Shown here piece after piece: positions 1 through 12,983 of a DNA stretch of 64,000 bases. The notes below the pieces were generated by a model. That model was not told the DNA's origin. It made no database searches and saw only the letters and a program-made list of their open reading frames with translations. The position numbers were made by a program, and so were the translations under genes. The stretch lies in assembly GCA_051362555.1 (NCBI GenBank), contig CM120640.1, positions 11,594,001-11,658,000 of the forward strand, in the 5' to 3' direction. The DNA comes from Lingula anatina. Lineage: Eukaryota > Animalia > Brachiopoda. Position 1 is the first letter of the stretch. Each line of letters starts with the position of its first letter.

Positions 1-656
1 GTAGCACAGAAAGCAACAAATATGTTCAAATATCATTTTTCCAGAAATAAGAAACAAAACCCTGTGATATTTATTTATGCTATTATTAACTATATGGTTT
101 CATGCCAATGATTTGACATGTCAACTCACTTCTATTGCATCTTTAATGCACCACATTTTGATTGGTTATTCAAATTTGTTCCTCATTGTTGATTTCTATG
201 CATTTTATCTTGTTGTTTAAGAAGAATGTAATGTAAGATATGGTACTAGTGTAACATCTTAATGATAAATTTTCAAGCAGAAATATTAAATTCAAAATAT
301 CTGTGCATTGTTATATGCTGTTTTTAATTTTCCTTTCCCATTATCATATGTTAATTCAATTTTCATAATTCCAAAATTCTACAAATGAAATCAATAATAC
401 AATAGTCTAATGATGAAATAACAAAATTTCAAAAGTGCCACACTATAGTTTCTATCTTTTAGAATCATCCTCCGACTTTGTCTGATGTGGTGTCCAGTGT
501 CTGGTTTTACCTCTGCCCACATACAAATCATTGTCAACTAATGCAGCAAGGAATTGCTGATAAACTGTACCATTGGCCCAATTCAGAATGGATGATCCGA
601 GTACTCACTAATCCGCCGACTAAATATGACTGACCACAGTTCAAAAGTGATACCAT

Positions 657-781
657 TGATTCTTGATGGTCTCCCCAAATCCACACACGCCTTTAAACGG
701 ATTAAATCTCTGCTCTGAGGTTAAATTGCTAGGCCCCTGTAGCGACGGCGTATATGGAGGCGGGGAGACCATCAGGAATCA
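657..781. repeat. 20-bp inverted repeat, MITE-like
   Basis: TGATTCTTGATGGTCTCCCC / GGGGAGACCATCAGGAATCA (1 mismatch). Confidence 0.55.
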
Positions 782-1269
782 TCATATAAACAGAAAGTTG
801 AGAAAGTAAATCACAGACACATCTACTTTCAATACATGTCATTGTTATTCATCGTTATTTTTTCATCCAGTTCAATTTATCATAAATACCCAACCTATGT
901 TCACTACAGTGACTGCAGTTTTCACCAACATACACATATAATCATAAAGCCTAGCAAATAATTTTATGCTCAGCAAGGTCTTGGTTATTAAGTACGTTAT
1001 CATCATCCTTTACCCATTAAGACTGTATTAAGCACTTAGCACTTGTTATGCCATCTTGGCAAGCCAAGTGCATATAGTCTAACCTGTATTACCTTCCACA
1101 GTACAGTTGTCACTCTTAATATTCAGGGTGTTAGCCTTACTAACTTAACTAACTAACTAACTACCAGTTAGCTACCCTCTACTAGGGCCAAAGAGAGACT
1201 TATTCATTAGGTATCAGATTATTTCTTTGATGATTAATTCTGAACTGTCCAAAAGGAAATTTTGAAAAA

Positions 1270-1300
<31 letters not shown>

Positions 1301-2282
1301 CGTCATCACTAAGCTGGCCTGTGAAAGAGAGTAACAATTTCCCATGTTCACCAGGAAATGAATATAAAATGTAACTGAACTGAATCACATTGTCACCACC
1401 TTTGGCATAAATATTTAGCATGAACAGGTGCAAAGAGAAACCTTGGTAACAATTTTAATCATCTACCCGAGTCCTGCCAGGAACAAGCTTGTTGGCTCTT
1501 TATCATCAATCCACAAATTCCATTTGCGCACACACACCAAATGAATAAATAAATAAATGAATAAATAAATTAAGTGCCATCTTTCTCTTTTTACCAATTA
1601 CTAGTCTTTAGGCCTGTCAAATCTATCCTAATACTTTAATGACTACATGTTTTTATGTATATATGGCAAGCTAATAAAGCTTGCGACTATACAACCACTA
1701 AAAATATGAACATATAAACATGAGCACCCTAATAAATAATTTGCTAAACTCAAACAATGATCCACATGAATTTGTGCAACTGCTTTCCAAAACATGATCT
1801 GTTCCTTGCTGTTTATTATCCTTGAGACAGTGATACAGACAGATGCTTAGGTTTCTCATCAAAGCTGTGTTGTATGAAAGATGTTCAGGGTTTTTTTTGT
1901 TGAAGATGATAATCATTCTCCCAAGAGCCTGCGTCTTACTTTGTCTGGGAAGGGGTGGAGTGGCCATTAGACTACTAATTATTTAAAATTGCAATGGTAA
2001 CTATTGGCAACAGGAGCATCAGATATTTTCTAGGTGGTCACTTTCAAATGAAAAGTTGAGGTACACCAATATTGCCTACTTAGATGGAGATAAAAAATGC
2101 TGCTTAAGGCTGAAACTAATAATATCATTTATAAGAAAGTCCTGCATTTCATAGTATAAGTTGTAGGGGTCCATGTTCCTCTCTACCCAGGTTCTTATTT
2201 TTTGCTTGTCACTGATGCATGGGAGAGGGAATATAACAACAACCTTACATGCTCAGTTCCAAATCTGAAGTGTCTTTATTAA

Positions 2283-2538
2283 GGGATCATTAGGTGCAGA
2301 TATTTGGATCGATCTATCTCCCTGGGGAGTCTCACTAAACTGCTATCAAACTAACTGGCTTAAACGTCTACCAAGCCTAGTAAAACTGTTAGGGGGTAAT
2401 TATCTTTACCTCTAGCTGATTCGATAGGCGTGGCAGACTTTTAAGCCTCTTGAGCTGATAGCAATTTAGCGTGAACCCCCAATGAGTTAGGTCAATCCAG
2501 ATGGATCGATCTAAGTATAGGAATTGGGAACCCAGTCT
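2283..2538. mobile_element. dispersed MITE-like family D (GATCGATC core); relatives at 38217-38424 and 38552-38800
   Basis: Reverse-complement matches such as GACTGGGTTCC, TAGATCGATCCATCTGGAT and CCAAATATCTG. Confidence 0.6.
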
Positions 2539-4204
2539 AAGTCCAAGCATTCAACCTTTATACACATTATCTACAGGGAATCTAATGCCATATGTCCTAT
2601 TAACAACTTTGCTTTCACATGATTTTTTTTTCCATTTCTTCACTGCAGCCCTGCCATACCAGATGCTAATCCCAAAAGTTCAAATACACTCAATTTGAAT
2701 TACACATCTACATCTGCTGTGAAAGTCTTCAATAGACCTTCATAGTAGTCTAATGCACCTAATTTAAGCGAATCAGTGTAAAGGCAAACTGCATTGAGGA
2801 ATACTAAAATTTTCCAAAGGACAAGCTCCATGGATTGCTCCTGACCCTCATTAAATTGTAAATTTCTCATTGGTGAAATTTTATTAAACATTTTTAAACA
2901 AAGGAGAAACTATCACAGAGCCACTTAAGAGCCAGAGAAACTAGAATATTAGCTACCCTCCGATAGCACAGGGGCCTCTAAAATATGGTAATGATTCGAT
3001 CTCTTCAATGGAGAAATATTATTTATCCTTCAGAAACATAATTTTGGAAACATAAAAGTTGTCTCTACAAAGCATTTGTGGTGCTTTTCCAGTATAGAAC
3101 AGAAGTATAAAATCACCTGTTTTTCAGTCTTGTTGCTACCACTATATAGGGATGTTCTAATTCTCAGAATTTACGATTTAAAAAAATACAATATTTGTAA
3201 AATTCACAATTTTCTCACTTAAAAGACCAGAGTATACAAACTTGAACAGACCTCCTTGACTTGGCTAAAAGCCATTTTTATCAGCTGTAAGTCCAATTGG
3301 CAGTGTGGCTATATCTAGTCAGTACATGGTCATGCAGAAAGAGCCACAGGGAGAGTTAAAGAAAGTTGCAGAATATTTGACATGGGTGATCATGCTCATT
3401 CAACAGAAGTCTTGCTTTTGTGAATGTAAGCTTGAAGAAGGGGGCCCAAAACTGTGATTTATTTATCACAAATGGCATATTTGTGTTGATTTGTTTCATT
3501 CAGTGAGCATAAAAATGCACCAAATTATCATAATTTCTCTTAATTTAAAGAGGGTTACTCTTATCATGTTGCATTTCTACTTCCAGGGATTAGCATATTT
3601 GTCACTAGCTAACCAACTGACTGACCTCTACATTTATTTCTGTGGATAAGATCTAGAGTCTCCTGAAACAGCTGGGAACACTTTTCTGATTATACAAACT
3701 AGTCTCTACACTTACTATATACAAGATGAAGCACATAAAATATATCAAAAGTGATCCATAGAATAGCAATAATTACTGAAACCAATTAATCTATTTGTTA
3801 GATGTACATGTAACCTCCAACACAACCCAAAATCCCCTAAAGGTACTGCATCCATAGTCCATTCAACCATAGAATATATAGATCCATTATGTAGGATCCT
3901 TTCCTGAAGTCAAATATAAAAAATTCAAATGTATTCATTTGTGTTTAAACATAAAATACAAAATTTTAGATATCAAATGGAAAAGCTAGAAGATCAAGCC
4001 AAGTTAGAAGATCAAGTCAAAAGACAATGATAAAATTGGTAAGCTGTTGTCTCCTTGCTACAGGTTAGAACATAAACACATGACATGGATGCCAAGTCTT
4101 AAAAACCTTGGCAAATGAATGTATCAGTGCCTTGTTAGGCAACAACTCATGTTCAACATGAAGTGAGCAGAATGTCAATGCCCAGAAGAAAGGTCCCTTA
4201 TTTT

Positions 4205-4521
4205 CAGGCCTACCCAACTACCAGACTTGGCACCCAATTATCCCAAATTCATTGGAATACCAGACCATACTACCCGTTTTCAAGGTCTGCGTCAGTACGG
4301 CTTCCAGGTATCAGATGCGACACCACTCTTGCCTAGTACGGGATGTGATACTGATGATTCTCAGCTGGGTTGTAAACCAGAAAGTAGTTCATCTCAAAAT
4401 TTGTTCTGGGGTATGATACTGTGAAATGCGTACTGACACACCTTGAAAACGGGTAGTGTGGTCCGATCTACCAGTGAATTTGGGATCATTCAGTGCCGAG
4501 TCTGGTAAATGGGTAGGCCTG
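4205..4521. mobile_element. MITE family B with ~100-bp imperfect TIRs
   Basis: CAGGCCTACCCA...TGGGTAGGCCTG; other copies at 21528-21849, 12509-12699 and 39347-39510. Confidence 0.8.
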
Positions 4522-4755
4522 AGTTTATTATATGTATAAGTGGCTTTATTCATGAATTAGGGACTGTTCACATGGAAAGTCTATTTTCTAAAAATCTATT
4601 TTCTATTCGCGGTATCTTGTAATCACTCCAAGCGCAGCCGAGAATGACTTCTTTTGTTTACTAGAGAGCAAGCTGTAAATAACCTCAGTCATTTCACCAA
4701 CTTTCATTTGAATTATGCTACTGCACATGCAGCAGTAATATCATACAATTATACA

Positions 4756-4777
4756 TCATTTGGAGGACTTTAATGAC
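4756..4777 (-). CDS. putative terminal coding exon (R-SLKSSK-stop)
   Basis: Acceptor ttcatcttttcag in phase 2; TGA at 4758-4756; total CDS from 15273 is 1461 nt (486 aa + stop); minus-strand AATAAA at ~4545 and ~4524. Confidence 0.55.
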
Positions 4778-5070
4778 CTGAAAAGATGAATAAGTAAGTC
4801 AAGTTTTCAACCAGAAATTTGAAAAAGGTGCAGTCTTAAAACTCATTTTTTTTTTGTTTTGATGACCGAGCGATTAATTTGGTTTAGCCCTAGGCCTTGG
4901 CATGTGGACTTTACTTGAGTAACAACAAAATCCCCTTAAAGTTTTCATTTTCTTAAAAAAACTGCTTATAAACTCCAGTGTTAAATACTTAAATTATTAA
5001 AGACATTATGCAATTAAGACAAAAGTTTACAGACCATTAGACAAGATAAATAAATATAAAAAATCCCTAC

Positions 5071-6004
5071 CTAAAAGTCATTATTTGGGGTTGTACACCT
5101 GAAGATTCTTTCTGTGTCTGAACTTGTTGGCCATCCTTCAGACTTCCATCAGATTTCTTCCTACAGCCTTCGGGTGCTGTAAGTTCTCCACATCCGCCTC
5201 TCTTTTGACATGGTTGCTCATCAGAGCTTAATCCTTCAATTTTTTCATCTGTAGTGGATGGTATGGTGATACCTTCATTACTACGTTCCTTTGATATAAT
5301 TTCATTAGAAACAGATGATGTTTGACAACTCTCATTTAGTGCCCCCTGTTCTTTTACATTCTTCTCAACTTCAATTTCACATGGATGTCCATTAATAGGT
5401 TTTTGCATAACAATGTTTTTATCACTGTCATTGTAACTAGTAAGAGTTTCATCCTTAAGGAAGCCAGTCTTATTAGACAACCCATTTTCTTCGTTCTTTT
5501 TAGAGTCCTCTGGAGGACTTTCTACATTCTGTTCATCATGACAGACTGCAGAAATCTGGCAATTTTTCACATTTTCATCAAATTTTCTTCTCTCTTTGAG
5601 ACTAAGATTCTCTCTCAGGCATTTCAGTCGAACTGTTAGTTTCTTACACTTATGTACTCTAAGCAAATCTTTATTTGTATTACGTGATTGTTTCTTTACT
5701 CTTTTCTTTCTTTCCTTCAGAGAAAAAGACCTTGTTCTTTTGATTATCTTACCAACATCTTGGACTGGCTCAGGCTGAAAGTCAACAGTCATAGTGTCAC
5801 TCTCTCCCCCATCTTCACTTAAACCTTCATAATCTTTGAGTACCCTCAACTGCTGTGCAATCTTCTGTTCTAGCCAGTTATGTTTGGGAAATTCTTGTGA
5901 GAGACGCTCAGTTTGGTCCTCAATGAAGGGTTGACTTTTGCCTGCATACATTGCATAAAGTCGCCGTCTTTTAGGTGGTAAGATGGTTGGAAGTTCTTCG
6001 TCAT
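5071..6004 (-). CDS. minus-strand gene large exon (DEELPTILPPKRRRLYAMYAGKSQ...), K/E/S-rich, with putative NLS motifs PPKRRR and RKKRVKK
   Basis: ORF 5067-5951 stays open back to acceptor atatttcag at 6005; donor AG|GTAGGG at 5070 (phase 2). Confidence 0.85.
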
Positions 6005-6490
6005 CTGAAATATAATTGTATCAGTGTAAACCCAACAATATGTTTGTTCTTTTTTTTATAAATAAAAAAAATTTAGAGTCAAGTGTAATACTCATCTCCT
6101 GAAAGGCACAAAATAATGTTCAACTGATACAAATTCAAAAATTTTAAAGACAAAAGAAAGAGAGAGATATGTATCTGAATTCCTGCTAAAAAGTTCACAC
6201 AGAATGGCATGGCCATTGAATATTGCCTGTAATTAAAGATGCACAAAAAGCATCTCCACACAAAAGCAAATTACTTTTTAAATATGTTCGGTTTGTGTGT
6301 TACATACAGCAGGCATCACATCCTTACTAATTGTATATCTACATTCCTTAACATGACTGCTTCTTTTGCAGTGAGCTTGTTAGTTTACAAAAGAGCACAA
6401 TCTGAACCATGTGTATAGGTTGAGTTGTCATTTTACATTTCAATTCACAGAAAAAATAAGTCACAAAGTTCACAAATTTGAAAAACTTAC

Positions 6491-6500
6491 TTCCAGTAAC
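6491..6500 (-). CDS. 10-nt micro-exon (GTTACTGGAA = V-T-G + 1 nt)
   Basis: Acceptor tcttgtcttgtttaag, donor GAA|GTAAGT; converts phase 0 (6820) to the phase 1 needed at 6004. Confidence 0.65.
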
Positions 6501-6819
6501 CTTAAACAAGACAAGATTTTGATGCAATTTTAATCTGTCATAGCCCTACATATAACCTGATATATTGGCACTTTTGTGCTTTTGTAAAAGTAAAACTGAA
6601 CCAACCAAGCTGATTTTTAAACTGATCGTGCACTTTACCAAATGAAGCCAAGCAGCAAATTTGAAACACCCAACTAAATAAAAACACCATTTGATACCCT
6701 TGGGGCAAACATATCCAAAATATGTGCATGATCTGACCATGCAGATTTTTGAATTTTTTTTATCAAACAAAGCCACTCAGTAAATGTACAGTAAAACAAA
6801 AATATGGTTTGGCACTTAC

Positions 6820-6890
6820 ATGAATAGAGTGAACAACAGAGGTCTTGGATGGCGACTGCGATGGAGAAATATAATGATCACATACAGTGG
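6820..6890 (-). CDS. minus-strand gene internal exon (TVCDHYISPSQSPSKTSVVHSIH)
   Basis: Acceptor tatttttacatacag, donor CAT|GTAAGT; 71 nt, open in phase 1-0. Confidence 0.7.
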
Positions 6891-8635
6891 CTGTATGTAA
6901 AAATACAATGGTTACACAGAGTTAAGATTACCCTCACACAATCTGCAGGTATCATGCTAAAATAATCTTCTAATCCTTTTCCAATATCTTACAGCTCATA
7001 CAGCACACCCAATCCTGTTACTTTTCAGGTGCAGACCCACCTCATTCTTATATTTTTATGCATATGCCCACATGACAGTATGTATATGTATATATTGTAA
7101 ATTGAAGTCTTGTTGGTTGCTATGGTTACCCCTATTTCTCACTATTTTCTATATATTAGTTAGATGACAATTACATATCCATCTCATTAGATAAGGAAAA
7201 TGTATATCAAATGGTAAGCTGCTTATAGAGTTAATTGTTATCCTATTGACAGTTCTAAGTTGAAAATTATAAGCTCTTGGGGTGGTAACTGGTTTCTCAA
7301 AAATTGTGTGCAATAAGGGTGTTCAATAAATAAAGTATTTACTGAATTTGGGTTTTTAAAAATTAAGATGTATTGTTATTGTTGGTTGTAGATTGAAATA
7401 TCTGAAAAATACTGGTTGACTTCTATAACTAATCAAAGGCAAATTTAAAAATGCCTTAATTTTTCCTTAAACAACCATACTTTTAAAAAATGAGTAGAAA
7501 GGAAGGCAAAAAATTCATGTCTATGAGCATGATATTTATTACTTGTAACAGCTATCACTCATCAATTTTTCAAAAAAAAAAACAAAATGCATATTAAAGA
7601 TGTCTATCAAGTACCATTTTACAGATATTTTCTTCTGAATTATATCCTATTTTTATTTGGATTTTACCAATCAATGCAGCTTTGCTGTTCAATATTATCC
7701 AGTAGTAAAAAAACCACAGACAGTTTAATTATGAAATTTTAATTTCACAAGAACCATCAGGTCTCAATATACTAGTTTACTTTTATTGAACCACATCTGC
7801 TGAAATAATATGTTTTCAAATACAAATCACAAACATTCACAAATTTTACAGCTAAACTTTAATTTTGATTTTAAGTCATTAATTTGTATAAAGTTCTATC
7901 TTCCATGGGTCCTCTCTTTGGAACATTTTTTCCCACTTCCCAGGCATAAACCACACAGAGGAAGCAACAGCTTGTAATTTTGCAATGTGGCTTATAAATT
8001 TTCAGCCCCAGAAAAGACAAATATTAACTCAGCATTGGTGTTTTTTTTTTCTGGCTACTGTCGCATTCATCACTCAAAGAAATGTAGTACAAGTACCAAG
8101 CTCAAGGCCTTGTTAGACAAAGACTAAAGAGATAAAAAAATCAGCATAAGTCATTGACCTCTAGGTCATTGGCTAACCCAATAAAGAATATTTGCCAACT
8201 TCAATACATTTCACAGGAATGCTTACTTCATATCTTTATTTCAGCCCTAAAACCAATTAATTTTGAATGACCCAACAGTTTCTTATTCTCAATTTTGGCT
8301 GCCAACTACATTTAAATAGCACTAATCATTTGTTGTAGGTATTTAAGAGTCTTGGGGCATAATGAAAATATCAAACTACATGTAGGTACTTAAAATTAAC
8401 TTGTGGGGACTTATGCTAGATGCAGACAGAATAACAGATTAACATTACTTCTGGCTTTAAGTAGAATACAGAAGAAGCTGGTTTTTATATGAGTATTTTG
8501 AAAACAAGCAAAGAGGCATGTTAACTGGATTGCAATCAGCAAGAGTCCCCACAGCGTTAGTTCAAACTACCTAGTACCATAGTTTCAATGTGAATGCACC
8601 CTTAGACCCTACTGAGAACTTGAGGCACGCTTATA

Positions 8636-8809
8636 TGTATCAGTTCACTTTGAGGGATTGACAAGTTCGTAGCTTGACTATTTCATAAAAGAGTCATCTA
8701 CATAGGGCCTTTGCTCCCAAAACTACCTATTAATTAACTAAACGGCACAGAGCAGACTTGTGAACAGGACCAAAGCCCCTTGTAGGACCTCTTAATGTGA
8801 ACTGATACA
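8636..8809. mobile_element. MITE-like element
   Basis: 13-bp IR TGTATCAGTTCAC / GTGAACTGATACA. Confidence 0.5.
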
Positions 8810-10109
8810 AACTACATGTATACTACTTGAAGTGAAAAAGGGCCTTCCATTGCTTACACAAAGCTGACTGAGTCATGCCAGTACTTATCTAAATTGGTTA
8901 AAATATATTTGGCAACTACCATGCAGCGGCAAATTTATAAGGTGGGGTGACCTTGTCACATCATATCACGTTTTGCAGATGGTTTCTAAGAAAAGTTTTA
9001 TTTTCAACAATAGGCAATAGCAAAAGGGAAGTTGGGACTGCTGACATGGGGTCGTTTAAAAAGTTGACGGTAAAAAATATGTTTGTGCAAGTGCTGGGAG
9101 TTCGGGTGAGGTTTTAATTTAAAAAAAAAAACTTAAAGGAAGAACTCTCAAAATTGTGCATTAATTTGAAACCACTCATTGTTTTAAAATGAACTTTCAT
9201 CAACCAGATGCATTTAAAGCAACAATCCTTGCACTAGCACATATCAGTAACATTCTTCACAAGCTGTAATAAGCCAGGAATTTCAAACAAAAATTAATTA
9301 ACTATTAAATATATATCAGTGATGGTTGCCTGCCAAACTATAATACAGCGTCATTATGTATGTGCCATTTTGCCTCTTTGGTTTGTACCGCCAGGTCACA
9401 TAGGCACAAGCAAGGGATAATAACACACAAACCATTAAAAAAAATACTAGTAAAGAGTAACAAAGAGTTTTCTATTTTGGCATAGAATGGCTGGCACACT
9501 GATGAAAATTTGCTTACTGGCCAGACACCACATGGGACACATCAAGGTATAAACACATGTAGTTTATAAAATACAACCCCTAAACCACCAAGAAGAAAAG
9601 GAAGAGCATCCCAAAGTATGGCAACATATGCCTGAAGATATTGCAATGTGAAGAAACCTTGTATATTGTATGGTAATATTGATGTCAATCACCACACAGG
9701 AAACACAAGCATCATAATATGATGGGTATTGGGTAAAGAATTGGGTAAATAAATGGAAGCCTTGGTGAAGGGGTTCTTGCAAATGTAGACAACAAAATTT
9801 TCCTAAAATTAAACAAAATTCATAAAATTTCTCATTAATATCAGTCATACCTGACATGAATTCACTGAGAAATATAGACTGAATGATAGTTTTTTTTTTT
9901 TTTTTTAGATCAATTCCTGATTTGACAGATTTCCTCTACAAGTTCAACAGTAACTATAGGTGAATCCCTTCTTGATGTGGAAATTTAAGGGCTCAAAATT
10001 TGGAAAAGTGTTGACACTTGGCCAGTGAATCTTGAACCCTGAGCTAACAAAGAGAGCAGACAGATTAGATGCAAAAATGCAATTGTACTTTTTGAAGAAA
10101 CACAAATAA

Positions 10110-12446
10110 CTAGAGGATCAGAGAGGCGATACCGCCTCCGAATATTGTACCACCAGCTGGAGTAAGCGCATTCGTATAGACCCCCCACATACACAAAATA
10201 AGGGACACAGCCACCAGTCTTGTGCTTGACAAGCTGTAAAAATGCAATCAACAAGAATTTTCAAAATATGCAAAAAATATATATAACTAAAAATGGTACA
10301 ATCAAAGTTTAGTTCATCGTAAGGTAGGTCAAAGGTCAATTTCAAGGTCACAGTAAATTGCCAGTATATGACTTCCTATCAAACTTCAATATAACTATGG
10401 ACCTATGTCTGCCACGTTTGGAGTTAAAAGAGAACCAAAATTTGCAAAGTTCAACTCATGGTGAAAAGTAGGTCAAAGGTCAATTTCAAGGTCACATTTA
10501 CATTGCCAGGATATGACTTCCCATTGGAGTTCAATAGTAACTATGGAACTATCTCTACCAGTTTTGGAGATAAAAGGGAACCAAAATTTGTAAAGTTCAG
10601 TTCATGATAATAAGTAGGTCAAAGGTCAATTTCAAGGTTACATTTAGATTGCCAGTATATGACTTCCCATTCAAGTTCAATAGTAACTATGGACCTATCT
10701 CTGCCAGTTTTGGAGATAAAAGGGAAACAAAATTTGCAACGTTCAATTCATGATAAAAAGTAGGTCAAAGGTCAATTGCAAGGTCACATTTAGATTGCCA
10801 GTATATGACTTCCCATTCAAGTTCAATAGTAACTATGGACCTATCTCTGCCAGTTTTGGAGATAAAAGGGAAGCAAAATTTGCAAAGTTCAATTCATGGT
10901 AAAAAGTAGGTCAAAGGTCAATTTCAAGGTCACATTTAGATTGCCAGTATATGACTTCCCATTCAAGTTCAATAGTAACTATGGACCTATCTCTGCCAGT
11001 TTTGGAGATAAAAGGGAAGCAGAATTTGCGAAGTTAAGTTCATGGTGAAAAGTAGGTCGAAGGTCAATTTCAAGGTCACATTTAGATTGCCAGTATATGA
11101 CTTCCCATTCAAGTTCAATAGTAACTACGGACCTATCTCTGCCAGTTTTGGAGATAAAAGGGAACCAAAATTTGCAAAGTTCAATTCATGATGAAAGTAG
11201 GTCAAATGTCAATTTCAAGGTCACAGTAAGATTGCCAGGATATGACTTCCCATTCGAGTTCAATAGTAACTATGGACCTATCTCTACCAGTTTTGGAGAT
11301 AAAAGGGAACCAAAATTTGTAAAGTTCAACTCATGGTGAAAAGTAGGTCAAAGGTCAATTTCAAAGTCATAGTAAGATTGCCAGTATATGACTTCCTATT
11401 CAACTTTAATAGTAACTATGGACCTATCTCTGCCAGTTTTGGAGATCTAAGGGACTAAATGTTATAATTTTGGAGTTACCATAATGTGCCATAAATATCC
11501 TACAGAAAAAATTAATTAAAATTAAGAAAAGGTCATTTTGGTCAAAATTCTTGAAATGGGAGGTGCTCTGAAGTTCCAGAAGTTCAAATTTGATGAAATA
11601 ATGTCATTTTTGACCACAAGTTGTCTGCTTTGCCAAGCCTTATGTTTTATTTTTCCAGAGTTCAAAATTTATTATCCATTACCGTACTGTACATTTTGCT
11701 TTCACCACCAATATGTACTTTTTGATACAGCGTAACTCGAAAACCGTATGGAATACAAAAAAACGGAGACCACCTCCAGTGTTGGGCTTTACATGCTCTA
11801 CAAAATGCAAAAAAGAATGGGTCTCTAGCATTAACGGTTCCCGAATTAGAGACAGTTTTCAGTTTCGGTATCTTATGGCCGCTACTCCCGTGAAAATGCA
11901 CTGATTCACCCCAAATTCACGGAGATGAAAGATGACCTGAAGGGTAACACTTTCCAATAATATTATTGGTTAAATCTGTGTGGTGTCTGAATAACAGGGC
12001 AAAAAAAATTTTTTTTCGGAAAAATATTCATTTTTTTGAAAATTTTGGCCTATTTGACCTTGAAAAAAAGGTCAAAGGTCAAATCCAAGGGCATATTTGA
12101 AATCTACACATATGACTTTTGGAAAGCAGTCTGTAGAAATTTTTCCCATAATTCCTTCCGTAGGGTAGATAATTAGCATTTAATTTTGCCATTTTTAGAC
12201 AAGGGTGCATTGCAATGAGTGCCACACCTAGACCCCAATACCGACAAAGCCCAAATTTTACGTGGAACGAGTTGAGATTATAGGTGACCTAAATCCAAGA
12301 GATGGGTACGGGGCCCTTACTGTCTAGGAGGAGAAGCGGTAACGGTAGCCATCCGGCAGAGCCGGCGGAGCCGCAGGAGCCGGCGGAACGATCCGGACGG
12401 GACTAAAACCATGTGTACCGCCAGCGCCTACGCTGGTGGTACAATA
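10110..12446 (-). mobile_element. non-autonomous Helentron/HINE (DINE-1-like) element, family A, full length
   Basis: 15-bp subTIR TATTGTACCACCAGC (10143-10157) / GCTGGTGGTACAATA (12432-12446); terminal hairpin GAGGCGatacCGCCTC ~10 nt from the CTAG end; second hairpin GTACCGCCAGCG-ccta-CGCTGGTGGTAC; 9-bp GC-rich microsatellite at ~12352-12390; internal ~146-bp array; A-rich flanks with no TSD. Confidence 0.8.
10305..11455. repeat. internal tandem array, ~8 x 145-146 bp
   Basis: GGTCAAAGGTCAATTTCAAGGTCAC recurs at ~10327, 10471, 10617, 10763, 10909, 11054, 11199 and 11345. Confidence 0.95.
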
Positions 12447-12508
12447 AACAGTACAGAAATTACAATGATAATTTGTAGTACGTTGTTTTCAGTCATTCTC
12501 TGCACATT

Positions 12509-12699
12509 CAGGCCTACCCATCTACCAGGCGCGGCACCAAAGGATCCAAAATTCACCAGTAGATCGGATCCACTACCGTTTTTCAAGGTGTATATCAGTA
12601 CGCGCTTCAAAGTATCAGACACGGCACCCTCTTGCCTGGTAAGCAATGTGATACTGATGATTCTGAGCGGGGTTGCAAAGTAGTGCATCTTATCTCAAG
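12509..12699. mobile_element. MITE family B, left half only
   Basis: CAGGCCTACCCATCTACCAG..., similar to 4205-4400. Confidence 0.7.
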
Positions 12700-12983
12700 A
12701 GTCATGCGCTACTGTTATTTTCCCCGTTTTATGTAATAAATCGAACAATATCGTGATTTTTACACATTAAGTTCAGGTTTGAACATAGCCAACGATCTTC
12801 AGTAAATAAGTAGATGCAATCTTTTCATATTAATTACAGGTGTAAGTATCACACATCTAATTCTGTCAGTAGAAGCACATTCTGCTAGGGGTTAAATAAA
12901 GTTTTCATGGCTACTGGGATGGAGGCATATAATTATTCGCTTTACTGTTAACAAAAAAATAAATCAAACATTACTTACTGAAA

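Noticed and set aside
451-600. Minus-strand peptide SILNWANGTVYQQFLAALVDNDLYVGRGK...stop as a terminal exon
   Set aside because: In-frame stops lie immediately upstream and there is no good acceptor. The gene model already terminates at 4756.
6079-6100. Acceptor gtgcctttcag ahead of 6098 as a 7-nt alternative micro-exon or alternative last exon
   Set aside because: The donor (GTATTA) is weak and the 10-nt exon explains the phase better. Not excluded without RNA data.
10305-11455. Regular repeat array as a CRISPR-like locus
   Set aside because: Units repeat along their full length with no unique spacers, there are no cas genes, and the context is a eukaryotic TE.
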